Origin: a candidate division WOR-3 bacterium
GTDB lineage: Bacteria > Hydrothermota > Tepidihabitantia > Tepidihabitantales > JAOUPE01
Assembly: GCA_039801565.1 (NCBI GenBank)
Contig: JBDRUX010000073.1
Span: forward strand, 1 to 12,625
Direction of reading: 5' to 3'
DNA length: 12,625 nt
Under the pieces are notes generated by a model. That model saw only the letters and a list, made by a program, of their open reading frames with translations. It did no database searches and was not told the origin of the DNA. The position numbers and the translations under genes were made by a program. The stretch's first letter is position 1. The number at the start of each line of letters is the position of its first letter. Shown piece after piece: positions 1-9,129 of this stretch.

Positions 1-2
1 AA

Positions 3-641
3 TCAATTTGGTCATGGTATGAATATAAATATCTGCCGTTACTGATTGACTTAGATAAAAAGAGCAAAATCCTTGAGCTGGGGTGTGGTCCTGGTTACTT
101 CCTCGAATTTCTTAAGAATTGTGGTTTTACCCAACTCGAGGGTATTGATATATCAGAAGAACAGATTGCAATTGCCAAGCAACGGAATCTCAATGTGCAA
201 ACTGCTGATGTTTTCGCCTTTCTTGCCACCCAAAAAGAAGTTTTTAATGCAATTATTGCAATTGATTTTATCGAGCATTTTAACAAAGAAGAAATTTTCC
301 AACTCATTCAACTTATCCATCAGGCATTGAAACGGGGTGGTAAATTAGTAATCCAAACCCCTAATGGTCAAGGCATTTTTCCCCATCAAGTTATATATGG
401 TGATTTAACTCATTTGACGATTTTTACTCCAGACTCACTTAAACAGATATTATATTTTTTTGGCTTTGAACGAATAACTTTTTATGAAACCGGGCCAATA
501 CCAAAGACTATTAAAGGTCGAATTCGTTTCAGGTTATGGCAATTGATTAAACAATTAGCTAATACGATCCGCCGAATCGAGACTGGTAAACAACAGGCGA
601 TTTGGACCGAAAACTTTATTTGCCTCAGTTACAAAGGATAA
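3..641 (+). CDS. Class I SAM-dependent methyltransferase, 5'-truncated by window edge (in polysaccharide cluster)
   Basis: The frame of ORF 195..641 is open from position 3: SIWSWYEYKYLPLLIDLDKKSKILELGCGPGYFLEFLKNCGFTQLEGIDISEEQIAIAKQRNLNVQTAD. It contains SAM motif I (ILELGCGPG), the acidic GIDIS motif, DFIEH and LKRGG-K-LVIQTPN. The ORF-track start at 195 is an internal GTG. Confidence 0.9.
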   Translation, partial: SIWSWYEYKYLPLLIDLDKKSKILELGCGPGYFLEFLKNCGFTQLEGIDISEEQIAIAKQRNLNVQTADVFAFLATQKEVFNAIIAIDFIEHFNKEEIFQLIQLIHQALKRGGKLVIQTPNGQGIFPHQVIYGDLTHLTIFTPDSLKQILYFFGFERITFYETGPIPKTIKGRIRFRLWQLIKQLANTIRRIETGKQQAIWTENFICLSYKG

Positions 642-644
642 TTA

Positions 645-2102
645 ATGAAGTTACAGCCTTCATCTATTCCATTAGTTAATCGAAATGAATACTACTCACA
701 GATTTTTATCGTCTTTTTCTGTCTTTTAATCCTCTATGCTTTTATCCAAGGCGAAATTGGTAAAGTAGTAATTGGACTAATTGGATTAATATTTTTAATT
801 TTCAGTGCATTTTCGGTCGAACGAAGTTATTATTTGGTAGTGTTTTATTTTCTTATTACCCCAGATAAAGGCTATGCTCATCTTTTTCCTGGGTGGAACT
901 TATTTTTTACTTGGTATTTAGGTTTACCACTCTTAATCTGGTTATTGGGCAATTGGCTATTATACTTGATTTATAATCAACTTCATAATAGGCAACCAGT
1001 TGATGGACCTTACCCTGATAATAAGTTTTCTTTCCAAATTATGGACAAACTATTATTAATTTTTTTTGGTGCTTTTACGATTTCCGGAATTCTTGGCATC
1101 TTAAGGGGTTTCAACCGATTGTATTGGGCTTGGAATTTTCTTGCCCTTTTTATGTATTCAGGGTATTTTATCTTCTTTTATTCGCCCCTCCGCCAAAAAC
1201 CTCAGGTACTATTTGACTTTGCGGTCTTGTGTGCATTGATTGCTAGTCTCCAATACATAAATTCTACCGCCCATTTTGGTATCTCATCAGTTGTTTTAAC
1301 AAGATTGATGTCAGAACATATTCACTTAACACCCTTAGCACTAATTTATCTCAGTTCGACAATTTTTTATAGTTCCCAAAAACTACGGCGCGGGTTGGCT
1401 TTATTGTTTTTTCCTATCGTTTTGGTTGGCTTATTACTTAGCCAGCAAAGGTCTTTATACGGTGGTGTCTTTTTGGCATTGGTCATCTTAGTTCTATTCT
1501 TTGCTTATGATCAACGACGCTTTTTGTTGAAAAATGCCACGAAGATTATCTACGGCGGAATCGGAGCAGCAATTTTTCTGGGTGGATTATTTACTCTTTT
1601 GCAAAATTTAACCCAAGGCAGATTACTAACAACGGTCTTTACCCGAATTATAATTTTTCTATCGCCCAAATTGGTAAAATATGATATCTCAGCAATCACC
1701 CGGATTTCAGAGATAAAAAATGCCTTAAGTACGGTCGGCAATGACTTCCTTTTCGGCAGGGGGTTGGGCGATGCGGTAGTTACCCGTTGGCGTGAAGTAG
1801 AACAGATAACGGTTGATAACACATTCGCTTATCTTTATTGGAAAACGGGATTAATTGGATTACTTTCTTTTGTTGCGGTAATCCTTTATTTCCTCAGACG
1901 ATGCATTACAACTCTACGAAAGCAATTACTGGCACAAGAAAAGATTTTCGTCCTCTCAGCGTTACTAAATATGGTTGCTTTGTTAGTAGTCGCTTTTTTT
2001 AATGTTTGTTTAGCCGCTTATCGCCCAATGCTTGTCTGGTCGGCTACCTTGGCAGTTGTCGAATCAATTGCGCGGAAATATGAAGATAAAAACTCAATTT
2101 AG
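645..2102 (+). CDS. O-antigen ligase family / Wzy-like polysaccharide polymerase (multi-pass membrane protein)
   Basis: 485 aa with many hydrophobic segments. It has LSQQRS (SR-type motif), SAITRISE, GRGLG and VDNTFAYLYWKTGLIG, where DN replaces the usual HN. It lies next to the flippase and GT genes. Confidence 0.8.
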   Translation: MKLQPSSIPLVNRNEYYSQIFIVFFCLLILYAFIQGEIGKVVIGLIGLIFLIFSAFSVERSYYLVVFYFLITPDKGYAHLFPGWNLFFTWYLGLPLLIWLLGNWLLYLIYNQLHNRQPVDGPYPDNKFSFQIMDKLLLIFFGAFTISGILGILRGFNRLYWAWNFLALFMYSGYFIFFYSPLRQKPQVLFDFAVLCALIASLQYINSTAHFGISSVVLTRLMSEHIHLTPLALIYLSSTIFYSSQKLRRGLALLFFPIVLVGLLLSQQRSLYGGVFLALVILVLFFAYDQRRFLLKNATKIIYGGIGAAIFLGGLFTLLQNLTQGRLLTTVFTRIIIFLSPKLVKYDISAITRISEIKNALSTVGNDFLFGRGLGDAVVTRWREVEQITVDNTFAYLYWKTGLIGLLSFVAVILYFLRRCITTLRKQLLAQEKIFVLSALLNMVALLVVAFFNVCLAAYRPMLVWSATLAVVESIARKYEDKNSI

Positions 2103-2290
2103 AAATAGTGAATAAGCCGATTAAATGCCACTGATGTTAAAGACTTTTGCCAATCTATCAGTATTTTCCATCGGTCTCACTTTATCCATGTCAATTGAAA
2201 CTTTTGAATTCTTGAACTTCTTAACCGTTTAAATGCAGTACATATCTTTCCTCACCGCATTCAAACTATGCTTTGCATTTCGTTTATAAA

Positions 2291-3586
2291 ATGAACGATT
2301 ATTACCGACATTCTTTTTTAACTTTTGCCAGCCAAATTCTATCGCTAATTCTTATTTTATTAAGCAATATTATTATAGCCCGAGTTTTAGGACCGGCTGG
2401 AAAAGGGGTGATATCACTTTTAGTTACTTTTCCAGCAGTAGTAGCGATGATTGTGGTGTTGGGATTAGATGAAGCAACGGTCTATTTTTTGGGGAGCAAA
2501 AAGTTCGAATACTCGGAAATTTTAGGTTGGGCAACAATTAATACCTTAGTTATCTCAACCCTAAGTATCACTGTCCTTTTAATCTTACGAAATTGGCTGG
2601 TCGCTTCCGTAATCAAAAATATTACCAGCGAATTCCTTCTGATTACAATATTCAGCATCCCTTTCCAAATTTTCTTTCAGTATGAATGTGCAATTCTTTT
2701 GGGGCAAAGGGACATTTGGGGATTCAATCTTTTGAATATTTTCCGTAATTTTTTTCTACTGCTTTTTCAGTTTATTTTTATTATCAAGTTAGGGCTCTTG
2801 GGAGGAGTATATTCAATTCTAATCGGTTTTGCTACCTCAGCTTTAATTGGTGTGTTAATAATAAGAAAATTTGGTAAACCCAAAATTCCTCGCGACATCA
2901 GTTTCGTCAAAAAATCGTTGAGCTACGGCACCAGGTCGGTTCTGGGATTAATTTTTCATTATCTTACCCGTCGGTTGGATATCTTTATCATCAATTTTTT
3001 TCTTGCCCCAACCCAAGTCGGTTTTTATGCGATTGCTTTAATGTTAGCTGAACTACCTTGGTATATTCCGCAAGCAGCAGGCACCGTGCTTTTTCCTCAA
3101 GTGAGTGGAATGGAAAAAGCCGAAGCCAATCAATTTTCGGCGCAAGTCTGCCGAAACACAGTTTTTATTACAGTTCTTGCTTGTTTTGTTCTTGCTTTAA
3201 TTGCCAAGCCAGTTATTAAACTATTCTTTACGGCTAAATTTTATCCAGCACTTATACCATTTTATATTAATTTACCTCGAACCCTCGCACTTGGAATCGG
3301 TCGGGTTTTGGGCGGAAATTTTCAAGGAACGGGCAGACCTGAATATGGAACAATAATGGCTTTTGTTTCGTTTGCGTTGACGCTTGTATTGGATTTTTTA
3401 TTTATCCCTCGCTGGGGAATAATTGGAGCAGCAATTGCCACAACCATTGCCAATATCATTTCCGTGGGAATTGGACTTTACATTTTTTTAAAAAATTCTA
3501 AAATAAAACTTAGCGAAATGATTTTTGTTCGTAAAAACGAAATTAAAAATTATCATAAATTGGCAATCAAGATCTTAAAACGATGA
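2291..3586 (+). CDS. wzx: Wzx-type polysaccharide flippase (MOP superfamily)
   Basis: IIIARVLGPAGKG, RLDIFIINFFL...VGFYAIA, LFPQVS and LFIPRWGIIGAAIAT are typical Wzx motifs, with ~12 hydrophobic segments. ATG 2291 is preferred over TTG 2273. Confidence 0.88.
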   Translation: MNDYYRHSFLTFASQILSLILILLSNIIIARVLGPAGKGVISLLVTFPAVVAMIVVLGLDEATVYFLGSKKFEYSEILGWATINTLVISTLSITVLLILRNWLVASVIKNITSEFLLITIFSIPFQIFFQYECAILLGQRDIWGFNLLNIFRNFFLLLFQFIFIIKLGLLGGVYSILIGFATSALIGVLIIRKFGKPKIPRDISFVKKSLSYGTRSVLGLIFHYLTRRLDIFIINFFLAPTQVGFYAIALMLAELPWYIPQAAGTVLFPQVSGMEKAEANQFSAQVCRNTVFITVLACFVLALIAKPVIKLFFTAKFYPALIPFYINLPRTLALGIGRVLGGNFQGTGRPEYGTIMAFVSFALTLVLDFLFIPRWGIIGAAIATTIANIISVGIGLYIFLKNSKIKLSEMIFVRKNEIKNYHKLAIKILKR

Positions 3587-4641
3587 GTCAAGAAGTAATT
3601 AAGAAACGCAGATTATTATTAACCGCCCCACGGGATTGTCCGGGACCACTAACTGCTTTGCGAAACATTAAATCAATTTTATCTGGTAGGCTGGATTGTG
3701 ACCTTTTTATTTTAGAAGATTTGGTTTTTCCTATAAAAGTCTCGAATAAATCGTTACAGAGACAATTATCCCGAGTGCAAAACCGATTTAAAATGATAAC
3801 TCTGGATAAGTTACTGCCTTATGGTGATAATATCATCTTTGCTGGTTTCGACTCCTTGACTGCTCATATAATTGAGCGGCTGACAAAAAAAGGAATTCAC
3901 CCTTCGGCGATGTGGTGTAGTACTTTAAGCCAAGCCGAATTAGTGCCACAAGAAATTGGTTTATTAAGAGTTTTGATTGACTTTTTAAATAAAGACAAAA
4001 TAAAATACCTGATGGCACACCGCCGAATTTTTGAATCCTATGGGTATTTTCTCAGAAAGGCGGTTCTTTTTCCTCACCCAATTGATTTGCGAATATTTGA
4101 ACCGGTAAAAAGACAGCAACTCGAAGGCATCAATTTAGATTTATTTTGTCGCCCAAGATTAGGGAAAAACATTTTAGCGCAAATCCTTGGCTTTAAGATG
4201 GCCGAATTAGATGCCAAATTGCATATCAATTTTGATTTAAGAAAATTGAGAAAAATTGTTGAATCAATCGGCGTAAAACCGATTGTCCATCATTGGTTAC
4301 CTGAATTAGATTATTATGGTTTAATTGCCGGGATGGATTTATCCTTACAAGTTACTTTTGGCGAAAGTTTTAATTATGCCGTAGCGGAAAGAATGGCGCT
4401 TTCGGTTCCAGTTTTAGCCACTTTCAATATTTATTTATTGGCGGAAGACCAGTTCTTAAATAAATATCTGTGTATCGATGCCATTGATACACCAAAGGCA
4501 ATTGCAGCCGCAATCAAGCGAATCATCACCGAGAAAAATTTAAGAGAGGAATTAGCTAAACGATGCCGAGAAAGGATAGAAATAGTGAGTTGCCAAAACA
4601 ATCAAATCGTCTGCGATACCGCTCTGGCACTTTTTACCTAA
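3583..4641 (+). CDS. Glycosyltransferase, GT-B fold, GT4-like (divergent)
   Basis: The C-terminal DLSLQVTFGESFNYAVAERMALSVPVLAT matches the GT4 E-x7-E motif, followed by AIAAAIKRII...LREELA. ATGA overlap with the wzx stop. Confidence 0.78.
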   Translation: MSQEVIKKRRLLLTAPRDCPGPLTALRNIKSILSGRLDCDLFILEDLVFPIKVSNKSLQRQLSRVQNRFKMITLDKLLPYGDNIIFAGFDSLTAHIIERLTKKGIHPSAMWCSTLSQAELVPQEIGLLRVLIDFLNKDKIKYLMAHRRIFESYGYFLRKAVLFPHPIDLRIFEPVKRQQLEGINLDLFCRPRLGKNILAQILGFKMAELDAKLHINFDLRKLRKIVESIGVKPIVHHWLPELDYYGLIAGMDLSLQVTFGESFNYAVAERMALSVPVLATFNIYLLAEDQFLNKYLCIDAIDTPKAIAAAIKRIITEKNLREELAKRCRERIEIVSCQNNQIVCDTALALFT

Positions 4642-4728
4642 TATCATATACTCTGAAACAGAACTATATTTAATTGGTAATGGATTAAGGATAAGAATGG
4701 GAATATTTTGCATTTGCGATGCTAACTT

Positions 4729-5850
4729 TTAATTCCCCAAGTGCCGAAATAAAAAATTTCGGATTCGAATTGCTGCCTTACCATCACCAAAGGGACTTAT
4801 CTTTTTCACCATTCCGTGGTAGTCCCTGGGCGATTTAAGTAATAATTCAGTTCTTTGGATTATTTTTATTTCATCCGAACCAACTAACTGGGCTACTCCG
4901 GCTACAATTGCTTCCGGTCGTTCGGTCTTTTCTCGTAAAACCAATACCGGTTTGCCTAAAGCCGGCGCCTCCTCCTGGATTCCGCCCGAATCAGTGAGGA
5001 TGAGATAAGCCCGATTCATCAATTGCACAAAAGGCAAATAGTCTAACGGTTTTAATAAGTGAATCCGTTCTGCCCCACCCAGTAGCTTTTTAACTAATTT
5101 CTGCACATTGGGGTTGGGATGAACTGGATAAACAATTTCAACTTCCTTGTTTCTTTGGGCAATTGTCTTTATGGCTCGGCAAATTCTTTTTAACGGCTCA
5201 CCAAAGTTTTCTCGACGATGTAGCGTAACCAAAATAATTCTTTGCCCCGGGGGGATTTTGACTAAGATGGGTAATGAGGGTAATGGATTCATTTTTAAAG
5301 CCAATAGCAGAGCATCAATCACTGTATTACCGGTAACTAAGATGTTTTTCGGATCGACGCCTTCTCGGATTAGATTGTTCTTTGCGCTTCGAGTTGGGGC
5401 AAAGTGATAATCCGTTAAGACACTGAGCAGGCGCCGATTCATCTCTTCCGGGAAAGGTGCATATTTATCGTAAGTTCTGAGACCAGCTTCAATATGAGCA
5501 ATCTTAATTTTCTTATAATAGCCAGCCAATGCTGAGACAAAAGCTGTGGTGGTGTCACCTTGCACAAATATTAAATCTGGTTTTTCGCTTTCTAAAATTT
5601 GTTCCAATCTCCTTAAGACACGAATATTGATATCAAAAAGTGTCTGATTGGGTTGCATTATGTTTAAATCAAAATTGGGTTTTATCTTAAATGTCTTAAG
5701 AACTTGGTCCAACATTTGCCGATGCTGAGCAGTGACACAAATGCGCATACAAAAGCGTTTCGGATATTTTTCTAATTCTTTTATTACTGGTGCTAATTTT
5801 ATTGCCTCAGGTCTTGTACCGAATAAGAAAAGTATCTTACTTCTATCCAT
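4729..5850 (-). CDS. wecB: UDP-N-acetylglucosamine 2-epimerase (non-hydrolysing)
   Basis: FGTRPEAIKLAP, TAQHRQMLDQ, VQGDTTT, HIEAGLRT, PFPEEMNRR, TLHRREN, TDSGGIQEEAP, TERPE, PFGDGKA. SD-like GAGG upstream. Confidence 0.97.
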   Translation of the reverse strand: MDRSKILFLFGTRPEAIKLAPVIKELEKYPKRFCMRICVTAQHRQMLDQVLKTFKIKPNFDLNIMQPNQTLFDINIRVLRRLEQILESEKPDLIFVQGDTTTAFVSALAGYYKKIKIAHIEAGLRTYDKYAPFPEEMNRRLLSVLTDYHFAPTRSAKNNLIREGVDPKNILVTGNTVIDALLLALKMNPLPSLPILVKIPPGQRIILVTLHRRENFGEPLKRICRAIKTIAQRNKEVEIVYPVHPNPNVQKLVKKLLGGAERIHLLKPLDYLPFVQLMNRAYLILTDSGGIQEEAPALGKPVLVLREKTERPEAIVAGVAQLVGSDEIKIIQRTELLLKSPRDYHGMVKKISPFGDGKAAIRIRNFLFRHLGN

Positions 5851-5957
5851 ATTTCCTCAAGCATTCAAGTCTGCGTCCAAATTGAAAGGAGCTAAGTTGT
5901 ATTGTGTGATTTGTGCTGTAAGTCAGGACTAACGAATTGAGAGTCACGGTTTGTTTC

Positions 5958-8447
5958 TCAATGAACCGATGCCCAATTGTCACCAATGCCAACACTCACT
6001 TCTAATGGCACAGCGAGTTTAAAATTTAACGGGTTGCCCATAATTGTTTTTATCAATTCGACTGCCCGCTGAACTTTTGGTTTTTCAATCTCGAAAACTA
6101 ACTCATCGTGAATCTGAATAATGATTCCCCCGATAAATTGTTCTTCTTTAAAAGCGTCAGCAAGCAAGACCATCGCCTTCTTCATAATATCGGCTGCTGA
6201 ACCCTGAATTGGTGCATTGATTGCCGCACGTTTTGCTTGCTCGTAGACTGCTCGGTTTTGAGAAAATAGTCCGGGCAACGGTCGGATTCTGCCTAAAATT
6301 GTTTTTACCAAACCGTTTTCCTTTGCCTCGGTAATAATCTTTTCCCGCCATTCGGCTACTTTCGGATAACTGGCAAGGTATTCTTCAATGAATGCTTGGG
6401 CTTGTTCCAGTGAAATTCCCAAGCCTGATGATAGACCGTAATCACTCAAGCCATAAATTAAACCATAATTGACTACTTTAGCAACCCTTCGATGTTCAGC
6501 AGTGAGTTCATTTGGTTTGAGATTAAAAATTGCGCAGGCAGTTTTGGTGTGAATATCTTCACCTTGCGCAAATGCTTCTTGCAGTCGTTCATCGCCGGTA
6601 ATATGAGCCAAGACGCGCAGCTCGATTTGCGAATAGTCAGCCGAAATTAACTTGAATCCATCCTCGGCGATAAAACCTTGCCGAATTCGCTTGCCCAATT
6701 CACCACGCATCGGTATATTCTGCAAATTTGGTTTTAGGGAAGAGAGTCGACCGGTTGCGGTTCCCGTCTGGTTAAAGGAAGTGTGGAGCCGATAGGTTTT
6801 CGGGTCACAAAGTTCCAGCATTGGTTCTAAATAGGTTGTGATAAGTTTACTCAATTCGCGATGGCGTAAAATTTTCGGCACAATTGGATGAGCCGATTTT
6901 AATTCTTGGAGTGTGGCAAAATCTGTGGAATGACCTGTTTTGGTTCTTTTACCAGTTGGTAAACCCAATTTCTCAAATAAGACATAAGAAAGTTGTTTGG
7001 GCGAGTTGATATTAAATTTAATCCCGGCTTGGTAGTAAATGTCTTTTTCGATATGGTATAATTCATCCTTTAGTTCCTCCAAAAGCTTTTTGAAGAATTT
7101 GACATCAATTTTAACACCTCTTCGCTCCATATCCGCTAAGACATAGACTAAAGGCATTTCCAAGTCACAAAATATTGATTCTAAATGCCGAACCGCCAGT
7201 TCCGGTGCGATCTTATGATAAAGGGTATAAGAATATGCCGCTTCGGCACTCGATGTTATTTCCTTCATAATTAAACCGAGGTATTGGACCAACAAATCAG
7301 TAAATTCGTAACTTTTCCGATTCGGGTCGATCAACCAAGCCCCAACCATCAAATCGTAAATCGGTGGTGATAGCACGATTGAAAACTTTTCTAAGTTATG
7401 AATTTGCGTTTTAATGTCAAAGCCAATCTTTAAAATTTTGGGGTTCCCGAGGATTGCTCTTATTAAAGTTTGATTGGCAAGCGAAATTTTCCTGACAGTT
7501 TTTGTAGCCGTTGCCAGATATAGCCCATTCTTTTCGTCAAAATAGAATCCAAATGCTTTACCGGTCAAATTACTTTTATCAATCAATTCGGACACCATAA
7601 TCTCTTGCGGTTTTTCGGTCGAAGCTAATTCTTTTAAAAGCGAGTTAAATTCCAGCTCTTTAAAAATCTTCAGTAAAGTATCATAGTCTCTTGGTTTAAG
7701 CTGCACTTTCGTTTCATCAACATTAAGTTTTAAATCAGTTTTTAGGAGTGCTAAATTTTTTGAAAGCAGTGCCAATTCCTTATGCGATTTTAGACGCTGG
7801 TCTTTCTCCAATGCTTGTTCCAAGGAACCGTATTTTAGAATTATTTCTTGGGCTCGTTTTTCGCCGATGCCGGGCACGCCGGGAATATTATCAATCGCAT
7901 CACCCGCTAAGGCTAAAATGTCAGAAACTTTTTCTGGACCGACGCCAAATCGTTCTTGCACCTTGGTCGCATCATAAATCATTTCTTTCCAAGGGTCATA
8001 AACTTGTATCCGTTCCGAGACCAATTGGAGCAAGTCCTTATCCGAAGTTACCAGATAAACTTTAAAACCCTTTTCGCTAAAGTAGTGGGCTAAACTGGCT
8101 AAGACATCATCCGCTTCATAACCTTCGATTTCGAAACTACTCAAACCAAAGGCTTCGGCAATTTGCTTAATAACCGGGATTTGGGGTTTTAACTCGTCTG
8201 GTGTTTCCGGTCGGGTGATTTTATATTCTTTAAATTCCTGGTGACGAAAAGTTTCGCCGCCCGTATCATAAACAATCGCCAAATACTCTGGTTTATATTT
8301 CTCTAATAATTTCTTCAGGGTATTGACAAAACCAAAAATCGCTGAAGTATTGACGCCTTTCGAATTTCGTAACGGGTTACGGATGAAAGCGTAAAAAGAC
8401 CGGTAGATTAAAGAATGGCCATCGAGTAAAAAGATTTCTTTCGTCAA
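5958..8447 (-). CDS. polA: DNA polymerase I (5' nuclease + family A polymerase; 3'-5' exonuclease domain degenerate)
   Basis: 5' nuclease motifs LLDGHSLIYRSFYA, YEADD, SDKDL and GDAIDNIPGVPGIGEK. Polymerase motifs TATGRLSS..PNLQNIP, A (SADYSQIELRVLAH), B (RRVAKVVNYGLIYG) and C (QIHDELVFE). TTG start preceded by GGGGA. Confidence 0.98.
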   Translation of the reverse strand: MTKEIFLLDGHSLIYRSFYAFIRNPLRNSKGVNTSAIFGFVNTLKKLLEKYKPEYLAIVYDTGGETFRHQEFKEYKITRPETPDELKPQIPVIKQIAEAFGLSSFEIEGYEADDVLASLAHYFSEKGFKVYLVTSDKDLLQLVSERIQVYDPWKEMIYDATKVQERFGVGPEKVSDILALAGDAIDNIPGVPGIGEKRAQEIILKYGSLEQALEKDQRLKSHKELALLSKNLALLKTDLKLNVDETKVQLKPRDYDTLLKIFKELEFNSLLKELASTEKPQEIMVSELIDKSNLTGKAFGFYFDEKNGLYLATATKTVRKISLANQTLIRAILGNPKILKIGFDIKTQIHNLEKFSIVLSPPIYDLMVGAWLIDPNRKSYEFTDLLVQYLGLIMKEITSSAEAAYSYTLYHKIAPELAVRHLESIFCDLEMPLVYVLADMERRGVKIDVKFFKKLLEELKDELYHIEKDIYYQAGIKFNINSPKQLSYVLFEKLGLPTGKRTKTGHSTDFATLQELKSAHPIVPKILRHRELSKLITTYLEPMLELCDPKTYRLHTSFNQTGTATGRLSSLKPNLQNIPMRGELGKRIRQGFIAEDGFKLISADYSQIELRVLAHITGDERLQEAFAQGEDIHTKTACAIFNLKPNELTAEHRRVAKVVNYGLIYGLSDYGLSSGLGISLEQAQAFIEEYLASYPKVAEWREKIITEAKENGLVKTILGRIRPLPGLFSQNRAVYEQAKRAAINAPIQGSAADIMKKAMVLLADAFKEEQFIGGIIIQIHDELVFEIEKPKVQRAVELIKTIMGNPLNFKLAVPLEVSVGIGDNWASVH

Positions 8448-8451
8448 TTAT

Positions 8452-8607
8452 TTATCCCCAATCAATCCAATATTTAATGATAACACATTCTAACAGCGAC
8501 ATCAGAGATGTTTTCTTGGGTCGTTCTTTTTTAGGCTTGCTGGCACTTTGTTTTAGAGAGTATTGAATTGGATACCAATTATCGGTCTTATTGGCGAATC
8601 GCTGCAT
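8452..8607 (-). CDS. Possible 51-aa small protein upstream of polA (MQRFANKTDNWYPIQYSLKQSASKPKKERPKKTSLMSLLECVIIKYWIDWG)
   Basis: Translated by hand. It starts ~30 nt after the predicted promoter start and stops 4 nt before the polA TTG. No clear SD and no recognised family. Confidence 0.35.
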   Translation of the reverse strand: MQRFANKTDNWYPIQYSLKQSASKPKKERPKKTSLMSLLECVIIKYWIDWG

Positions 8608-8642
8608 TTGAATTTACCAGTATCACGACTTACACCAAATTA

Positions 8643-8671
8643 AGTATAACTGAGAGTAGTGATTTCGTCAA
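8643..8671 (-). promoter_or_regulatory. Putative sigma70 promoter for (small ORF)-polA-wecB
   Basis: Minus strand TTGACG-17 nt-TATACT. Confidence 0.65.
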
Positions 8672-8769
8672 GAGCAACTATTAGAGATATCGAAGGCCTT
8701 TACACTGATTTTAGGCGATGGTCTTTAATCACGAAGATACCAGCGATATTTAAAATAAAGGTGGCTATT

Positions 8770-8796
8770 AAAAAGGGGCAGGTTTACCTGCCCCTT
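8770..8796 (-). terminator. Rho-independent terminator of the RRM gene
   Basis: Minus strand AAGGGGCAGG-UAAA-CCUGCCCCUU followed by more U, 13 nt downstream of the stop codon. Confidence 0.85.
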
Positions 8797-8809
8797 CTAT
8801 TGGATGAGT

Positions 8810-9121
8810 TTACCAACGTTTGGAATGACCGGACCGGTCACGGCTTCGACCTCGGTCGCTGCCAAAAGAACGTCGTTCCTGCGGTCGTGCTGCATTGACG
8901 ACGATTTTGCGACCTTCGAATTCGGTACCGTTTAATCCGGCAATCGCCTTCTGCGCTGCTTCTTCGGATTCCATTTCGACAAAGGCAAAGCCTCTTGGCC
9001 GATTCGTAAACTTATCGCTGATAATGTTTACGGAGTTGACCTTGCCATATTGCGAGAATAAATCCTGCAATTGCGCCTCGGTTGCTGAGAAGGGTAAACT
9101 TCCCACATAAACCTTACTCAT
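8810..9121 (-). CDS. Single-RRM RNA-binding protein
   Basis: RNP2 KVYVGSLPF, RNP1 RGFAFVEM, AIAGLNG..FEGRKIVVN.AR and a short Arg/Ser/Gly tail. SD AGGAGG lies 8 nt upstream. Confidence 0.95.
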   Translation of the reverse strand: MSKVYVGSLPFSATEAQLQDLFSQYGKVNSVNIISDKFTNRPRGFAFVEMESEEAAQKAIAGLNGTEFEGRKIVVNAARPQERRSFGSDRGRSRDRSGHSKRW

Positions 9122-9129
9122 TTTTATAT

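Noticed and set aside
73..330. ORFs 73..330 (+) and 95..307 (-), or a frameshift in the first methyltransferase
   Set aside because: The methyltransferase frame is continuously open from position 3, so these are shadow ORFs and no frameshift is needed.
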